Below, piece after piece: positions 58,712-64,000 of a DNA stretch of 64,000 nt. This stretch comes from Candidatus Omnitrophota bacterium (GTDB lineage: Bacteria > Omnitrophota > Gorgyraeia > Aquiviventales > Aquiviventaceae). The notes beneath the pieces are model-generated. The model did no database searches and had not been told where the DNA came from. It saw only the letters and a list, made by a program, of their open reading frames with translations. Positions within the stretch are counted from its first letter, which is position 1. Each line of letters opens with the position of its first letter. The stretch lies in the NCBI GenBank assembly GCA_016206685.1, contig JACQRB010000023.1, forward strand, positions 29,287-93,286. The letters are read 5' to 3'. The position numbers and the translations under genes were made by a program.

Positions 58712-60214
58712 TTACTTTGCCGCCAGCGCCACAGAGGGGGCTGCCACCGACGCGCGGGGCGCCGCCCCTCGAACCTGCTGCCAGTCCTGCGGCGTCACGA
58801 TCCGCAGCACCCACAGCAGGACGACATAGCCTAACAGCCAGACGCCGCGGGCGGCTGCCGGCAACGGGACGCCCCGCGCCATGCCATAGAGCACCGCCGC
58901 TGCCCCCACTGTCAGGGCCACCTGGCCGGCCCGCACCGGCATCGGATACCGCCGCTGCGCGGCGACCCATGTGGCGGCAGCAGCCAGCGCGTAGGCGGCG
59001 ATCGTCGCCCAGGCCGCGCCCCACATGCCCCACCGCGGAATCGTCCACCAATTCAACGCCGCGTTGAGCAGGGCCGCGCTGCCCAGCACGACCGGCTGCA
59101 CCCACACGTCGCGCGTCACCAGCAATCCGGAGAGCATGAAACTGTAGACGGCGTAGCTCAGGCAGGCCAGCACGATCAACGGGACGATGCCGGCGCCCAC
59201 CCCATACGTGTTGGGAGCCAGCACGGCCATCAGCTCGCCCGCCCAGAGACTGATCGCCAGCCCCAGCAGGCACAACCCGGCCAAGGCGTAGCGGAAGACC
59301 GTCGCAAACGCCTGCGGAGCGTGCGGCGCGCGCGCGATCGAGAACATCAACGGGATCCAGGCCACCATGAACGCCTTCACCGCCAGCAGCGGGATTTGTC
59401 CGAGCTTGTAGCCAACGGTGTAGACGGCCACCTGCTCCAGCGTCGCCAACAGGCCGAGGAAGTAACGGTCCGAGCAATCGATCACCCACGTGAACAGCAG
59501 CGCCGGGAAAAACGGCATCCCGAAGGCCAGCATCGCCTTCAGCTCGCTCCAGGACGCCTGCGGGGAATAGTCGCGCCGGTTCAGCCACGCCGCCAGCCCG
59601 AGGATGCCCAGCCCTGCCAGCAACTGGCCCTCGAACACGCCGGCCAGTCCGCGCTGGCGCAGCACCACGAGCTCGTACGTCGCAGCGATCAGCGCCAGGC
59701 TGCGCAGCGCTGAGACGGCCGCGAACGCCCGCACGCGGCCGCGCAGGCGCAGGGCGGCGATCGGCACGTCGGCCCAGGACGTCACCAACGTGCTCAGCAG
59801 CATCAGCGGCACCGCCCCGCCCGCCACATGGGCCTGCCACGCAGCCGGCACAAGCCGCGGCGCCAGCCACAGCCACACGATCGTCCAGAGCGCCGCGTGC
59901 CCGGCGAGGAATCCCCACGCCGTGGACACCACCGCCTGCCGCCGTTGCACCTGGTCGGCGTCATGCTCGAAGTACCGCCGGAAGAGCGCATTGATCATGC
60001 CCAGATCGTAGAGGAACGCCAGCACGCCTGAGGTCACCAGGAGCAGCGCCAGCACGCCGAACGCCTCGGCTGAGAGATGCCGCGTGTAGAGCGGCAACAG
60101 CAGCAGGTTGGTCAGCGGCATCAACCCCACGGCGATGCCGTAGACGAGCGTATGCGTCGCAGCCTTCTGGAGCACCTTCGTAGTCTCAGATGATGCGGAT
60201 GAGATCATCGCCAT
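58712..60214 (-). CDS. wzx: Wzx-family oligosaccharide flippase
   Basis: About 500 aa, highly hydrophobic; LLLPLYTRHLS...FG, DLG...A.FR, FGMP, DRYFL...VAVY..GYK, IPRWGMWGAAWAT. Confidence 0.88.
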   Translation of the reverse strand: MAMISSASSETTKVLQKAATHTLVYGIAVGLMPLTNLLLLPLYTRHLSAEAFGVLALLLVTSGVLAFLYDLGMINALFRRYFEHDADQVQRRQAVVSTAWGFLAGHAALWTIVWLWLAPRLVPAAWQAHVAGGAVPLMLLSTLVTSWADVPIAALRLRGRVRAFAAVSALRSLALIAATYELVVLRQRGLAGVFEGQLLAGLGILGLAAWLNRRDYSPQASWSELKAMLAFGMPFFPALLFTWVIDCSDRYFLGLLATLEQVAVYTVGYKLGQIPLLAVKAFMVAWIPLMFSIARAPHAPQAFATVFRYALAGLCLLGLAISLWAGELMAVLAPNTYGVGAGIVPLIVLACLSYAVYSFMLSGLLVTRDVWVQPVVLGSAALLNAALNWWTIPRWGMWGAAWATIAAYALAAAATWVAAQRRYPMPVRAGQVALTVGAAAVLYGMARGVPLPAAARGVWLLGYVVLLWVLRIVTPQDWQQVRGAAPRASVAAPSVALAAK

Positions 60215-61428
60215 TGCCTGACGTAGAGCTCCAGGTACACTTTCGCGATCTTCCTTGAGTCATAGTAGGTTTCGATGTACGTCCGCCCGCGCGCGCCCAG
60301 CGATTGGCGCAGCTGTGGATTGGTGACCAGCTCGCGCAGGCGGTCGGTCAGCGTCTCCGGGTTCGCGTTCACGATGGGGTTGCCGGGCGGCACCAGTTTG
60401 TAGGCGTCGTCGTGGAGGAAGCAGACGGCGGGCTTGCCCATGGCCATCGCTTCAATTGAGACGTTGCCGTGAAATCCCGAGAGGAGCTGCTCAATCACCA
60501 CGTCCACCTGCTGGTAGTAGTACGGCATGGCGTCGTTGGGCACGCGGTCCAAAAATACCAGCTCCACCGGCAAGCCCTCCGCTTTCAGGTGATCGATGGC
60601 CGCGCGCACCACGCTGGTGCCTTTCCAATCGCCGCGCGTGTCCCACGTCTGGAACGGATGGAGAATCCGCACGGTTGACGACGGGGGCAGCCGGTGCTCC
60701 GGTGGAATCTCGGCGGCGGGCTTCCAGCGCTCCAGGTCGATCGCGATCGGAATGAACAGCGCATCCGGGACGTTGCGCAGCACTTCCAGGCCGCTGTAGA
60801 CCCGGAAGTCGGCGTAGCGCAGGTGCAGGAGGTTGTCCCGCAGCTTGCGCGAGTTGGCGTAAAAGCGGATGTCCCGCTTGACCGCGCCGTAGCGCTCCCA
60901 CAACAGCGCCGGGCTCTGCAGTTTGACGTCGAAGCCCCAGTACTGGAACACCACGACTTTGCGGAACAGCCGCAGCAGCCTGAGATCCCAATCGCCGTGG
61001 CTGCCTAGGAACGATTCGGAATGGAAATGGAACACGTCGTAGCGACACAGCGCCAAGACGAAAAACCGCACGAAGCGCCAGACGCAGACCAGCGTGCGCC
61101 ACCACTGCGACGGGTGGAGCGAGAGCGAATCCCGTTTGAAGTCCAGGTCGATGTCGCAGTCGGTCGTCGGATAGCCGGCCTGCGCGCTGAACGCCATCAC
61201 CTCGCTGACGTGGCCCAAGGCGCGCTGGGCCCGCGAGACGGTCCACTGCTGATGCGTCACGATGGCCGGCGCGTGCAGAATGCGCAGTCGGCGGTCGGGG
61301 GCAAAGCGCCGGGGGCCGCGGATGTTGTACCACGGCACCTCCAGTGTGGCGTGATCGGTCGGCATTGGCCACAGGCCGTCGGCTGGGGCGGTGTCCGGTG
61401 GTGTGGTGGCGATGGTGGTCTCAGACAT
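60205..61428 (-). CDS. GT-B glycosyltransferase (GT4-like)
   Basis: YDVFHFH, PIAIDL, KGT, DVVIEQL..GFHG..SIEAMAMGKP.VC. Confidence 0.85.
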   Translation of the reverse strand: MSETTIATTPPDTAPADGLWPMPTDHATLEVPWYNIRGPRRFAPDRRLRILHAPAIVTHQQWTVSRAQRALGHVSEVMAFSAQAGYPTTDCDIDLDFKRDSLSLHPSQWWRTLVCVWRFVRFFVLALCRYDVFHFHSESFLGSHGDWDLRLLRLFRKVVVFQYWGFDVKLQSPALLWERYGAVKRDIRFYANSRKLRDNLLHLRYADFRVYSGLEVLRNVPDALFIPIAIDLERWKPAAEIPPEHRLPPSSTVRILHPFQTWDTRGDWKGTSVVRAAIDHLKAEGLPVELVFLDRVPNDAMPYYYQQVDVVIEQLLSGFHGNVSIEAMAMGKPAVCFLHDDAYKLVPPGNPIVNANPETLTDRLRELVTNPQLRQSLGARGRTYIETYYDSRKIAKVYLELYVRQWR

Positions 61429-62080
61429 CGGCGAGTGCTGGTTTGCGTTTTACGGTCCGCGCGGGCCTGCCCCACGCAGAGGTGTGATCCGGCACGTCGT
61501 GCAGCACCAGGCTGCCGGCGCCGATCGTCGCGTATTCGCCGATGGTGCACTTGGCGATCATGCTCCCCATGCCGATGAAGGCATGGGCGCGGATCTTCAC
61601 GTAGCCGGCAGTCATCACGCCGGTGGTAATGTAGACGTCCTCGTCAATCTCGTTGTCATGTTCGAGAATCACGCCGCTCCAGAGCACCCCGTAGTCGCCG
61701 ATGCGCGTGCCGGCGTTGACGACGGAGCCGGCGCTGATGAACACCCCGCGGCCCAGGCGCACGTCCGGATTGACCATCGCGCTCGCATGGACCGCCGAGG
61801 CCCACTCGCAACCGCTCTCGTTGATCAACGCGATCAGCTCCTGCCGATCCTGAAAGAAGCGGTAGCCCACCCCCAGCGCCACATGGCTGATGCGGTGGCG
61901 TCGGATGATGGACGGCAGATCGCGGCAGCGTCCAAAAATCGGCCGCCCGCAAAAGTCGTCTCGGCGGCCGTCATCGAGGAACCCGACGACCGTCTTGGCC
62001 AATCCGTGCGAGGCCAGCGCCCCGTAGAACGCCCGGCCCAACCCTGCTGCTCCAAGAATCGCGATACGTGACGGCTTCAT
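61421..62080 (-). CDS. PglD/NeuD-family sugar acetyltransferase (hexapeptide repeat)
   Basis: AILGAAG, VGFLDD, VHASA, LEHDNEI, IGAGSLV, GRPAR. Start at the ATGA overlap. Confidence 0.88.
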   Translation of the reverse strand: MKPSRIAILGAAGLGRAFYGALASHGLAKTVVGFLDDGRRDDFCGRPIFGRCRDLPSIIRRHRISHVALGVGYRFFQDRQELIALINESGCEWASAVHASAMVNPDVRLGRGVFISAGSVVNAGTRIGDYGVLWSGVILEHDNEIDEDVYITTGVMTAGYVKIRAHAFIGMGSMIAKCTIGEYATIGAGSLVLHDVPDHTSAWGRPARTVKRKPALADV

Positions 62081-63429
62081 GGAACAGCGACCCGAGACCG
62101 TCGCCAAGCCACCAGACCGGCTGCAGCGAACAGGAGATAGAGTGGAATCACAGGGACTGTCTGGCGCCCATAGCCAAAGAGCAGCGCATGGACGCCGTTG
62201 AAGTACACGATGGCCAGACCCAGGGGCCACCACGCCCGCCATCGGTGCCGCTGCCGCCACATCCCAATGCCCGCCAACACCAGCAACGGATAGGCCAAGA
62301 GACGAATCACTCCGCGGACGGCGGAGAGCCCCGCCTGACCGTACGGCCGGCGTGCGGCCCACTCAACCACCCGGGGGTGATTGAGCGCAGGCAGGTAGCT
62401 GAAGGCCGTCAACTTGATCCACTCCACCGGGGTCTGCAGCAGGTATCTGACCGGGTGACGCCGGATGAGTCGCCAGGCCTCTTGTCCCATGACATGGTCG
62501 GCTTCCACCTGACTCAACCCGTCTGCCATCAGGCGCCGGCGCCGCTCAAGGGCCAGATGAGAATCGCGCAGCACCACCTCCTGAGGACTCTCCGAGGCTG
62601 ACGGAAACACCGCCTGCCCGAGATACTCTGAAAAGTTATAGAGGCCGGCCTGAAGGATCTGTTGAGGAGTATCGTGCACTTTATTCGCCCGCATCCAGAG
62701 GATCAAGTCGCCGCGGAGGCTGACCTGCGGAATCTGAAACACCCGCTGGTTGCGCAGGATCCACGGGGCGACCGCCAGGCCGCAGCCGGCGAGCAGAACA
62801 ACTCCCCGGATCATCCGATGCCGCAGAGGACGTCCCTGAGCGCGAACCGCGATGACGCCGACCACCGCCAGGAGCGCCAACGGCCCCATCACAGCTTTGC
62901 ACAAGACGGCGCCCCCCAAGACGGCGCCCGCGAGGGCCCACCAGAACAGGCGGGACCGGTGCCAGGCGAGACACAGCCCCCCGACCGCTGCCATCAGCAA
63001 CGCGGTCGCCAGTGTTTCGGTCAAGAGACAGGTTGGATAGTTCGCCAGCGTTGGAAAACAGGCCGTCGCCACTCCTGCCCACCACCCCACCGCTTCGTGA
63101 AACAGCCACCGCCCCATGAAGTACGTCATCACGCTGGTCACCGCAAACAAGGGGATTTGGAACCACGGCACCAGATCGGGACGATGGCCGATGGTCCGGT
63201 ATAGGATCGCCAACCAGGCAGGATAGAGGGGTTCCCGAAACATCGTCGGGGTAAACGGGGCGCTCGTCTCCAACGAAAACCCGCGTCCCAGCGCGAGATT
63301 CCACCCCAAGGCATCGTACTGGAGCGCATCGCCATCAGCGCCCAGAGGCTGGTGACCCGCCAGGACGAACGCGGCGCTCGTCAGGGTGGCCAGGAGCACG
63401 ACCAACAGCCACGTTCGATTCGAACTCAT
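62077..63429 (-). CDS. ArnT/PMT-like GT39 membrane glycosyltransferase
   Basis: DALQYD.LGWNLA.G.G, FREPLYP, LLTETL, APWILRN. Confidence 0.82.
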   Translation of the reverse strand: MSSNRTWLLVVLLATLTSAAFVLAGHQPLGADGDALQYDALGWNLALGRGFSLETSAPFTPTMFREPLYPAWLAILYRTIGHRPDLVPWFQIPLFAVTSVMTYFMGRWLFHEAVGWWAGVATACFPTLANYPTCLLTETLATALLMAAVGGLCLAWHRSRLFWWALAGAVLGGAVLCKAVMGPLALLAVVGVIAVRAQGRPLRHRMIRGVVLLAGCGLAVAPWILRNQRVFQIPQVSLRGDLILWMRANKVHDTPQQILQAGLYNFSEYLGQAVFPSASESPQEVVLRDSHLALERRRRLMADGLSQVEADHVMGQEAWRLIRRHPVRYLLQTPVEWIKLTAFSYLPALNHPRVVEWAARRPYGQAGLSAVRGVIRLLAYPLLVLAGIGMWRQRHRWRAWWPLGLAIVYFNGVHALLFGYGRQTVPVIPLYLLFAAAGLVAWRRSRVAVP

Positions 63430-64000
63430 TGAACGCCCGATTCCACCGGGCTCGGCTCCGAAGTCAGACCGTCCACAACGTCCGGCGTCGGGATCGGAAT
63501 CACGAACCGTCCTCCCCGCCGCGCAAACGGCTGCATCTGGCGGATGATTTCTTCCTTGAAGTTCCACGCCAGGATGAGCAGATGCGTGGCCGGGCTCGCG
63601 AGCCAGTGCTCCACCGGTTTCACCGGCAGATGCGTCCCTGGCGTGTAGCGGCCCTGTTTGAGCGGGCTGCGGTCAAGGATGCATTCCAATGAGGCAGCCA
63701 CCGACGGACAATAGTTGAGCAGCGTATTCGCCTTCGCCGCGGCCCCATAGCCCATGAGCCGAGCGCCGCCCTTCTGTAATTCCCCTATCCAGTTGGTGAA
63801 ATCGTCCCGCCACCTGCGGACCGATGCGCCAAACTGCGTCAACGTCTGGGGCGACGTCAGCGCCAGTCGCCGCTCTTCCTCGAGCAACTGTTCCAGACGG
63901 GGCGACCGGATGATCCCCCGCCGCGGCCGGCGCACGTAAAACAGGATCGATCCCCCATGGAGCGTGATGCGTTCGGCATCGACCAGGTCCAGTCCGTGAT
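63426..64000 (-). CDS. NDP-sugar C-methyltransferase, C-terminal part (5' end beyond the window)
   Basis: Frame stays open to the window end: ITLHGGSILFYV...YGAAAKANTLLNY...GRYTPGTHLPV...LILAWNFKEEI. Confidence 0.88.
   Translation of the reverse strand, partial: HGLDLVDAERITLHGGSILFYVRRPRRGIIRSPRLEQLLEEERRLALTSPQTLTQFGASVRRWRDDFTNWIGELQKGGARLMGYGAAAKANTLLNYCPSVAASLECILDRSPLKQGRYTPGTHLPVKPVEHWLASPATHLLILAWNFKEEIIRQMQPFARRGGRFVIPIPTPDVVDGLTSEPSPVESGVQ

Overview
The whole 64 kb window is one co-oriented (minus-strand), densely packed and largely translationally coupled cluster for cell-surface glycan biosynthesis in a high-GC bacterium. It holds about 55 CDSs and is truncated at both ends. I found no RNA genes, CRISPR arrays or mobile elements. 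In transcription order (right to left) it has four parts. (i) A C-methyltransferase, ArnT-like GT-C, PglD/NeuD-type acetyltransferase, glycosyltransferase, Wzx flippase and a GDP-3,6-dideoxyhexose (colitose-like) module. (ii) Several cassettes pairing activated-sugar enzymes with polyprenyl-phosphate GT2s and membrane GT-C transferases (GT39/GT87), including further NDP-sugar C-methyltransferases and a noviose-like RmlC/RmlD-CMT/RmlB set. (iii) An internal sigma70-like promoter with a palindromic operator in front of an EPS-type MarR regulator. (iv) A heavily tailored nonulosonic-acid module: NeuB-family synthase, DUF692-like TIM-barrel protein, cytidylyltransferase-GNAT-GNAT fusion, AsnB-like and WbuX/HisH/HisF amidotransferases, radical SAM/SPASM enzyme, a CmoA carboxy-SAM synthase flanked by two SAM transferases, and an ABC flippase. 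The most novel-looking signals are the CmoA with no CmoB in the window (possible carboxymethylation of a glycan) and the DUF692-like protein sitting where the missing PseG/NeuC hydrolase would be expected. Product calls come from recognising motifs by eye, not from database searches. Many start codons were moved from the ORF track using ATGA overlaps and RBS positions.
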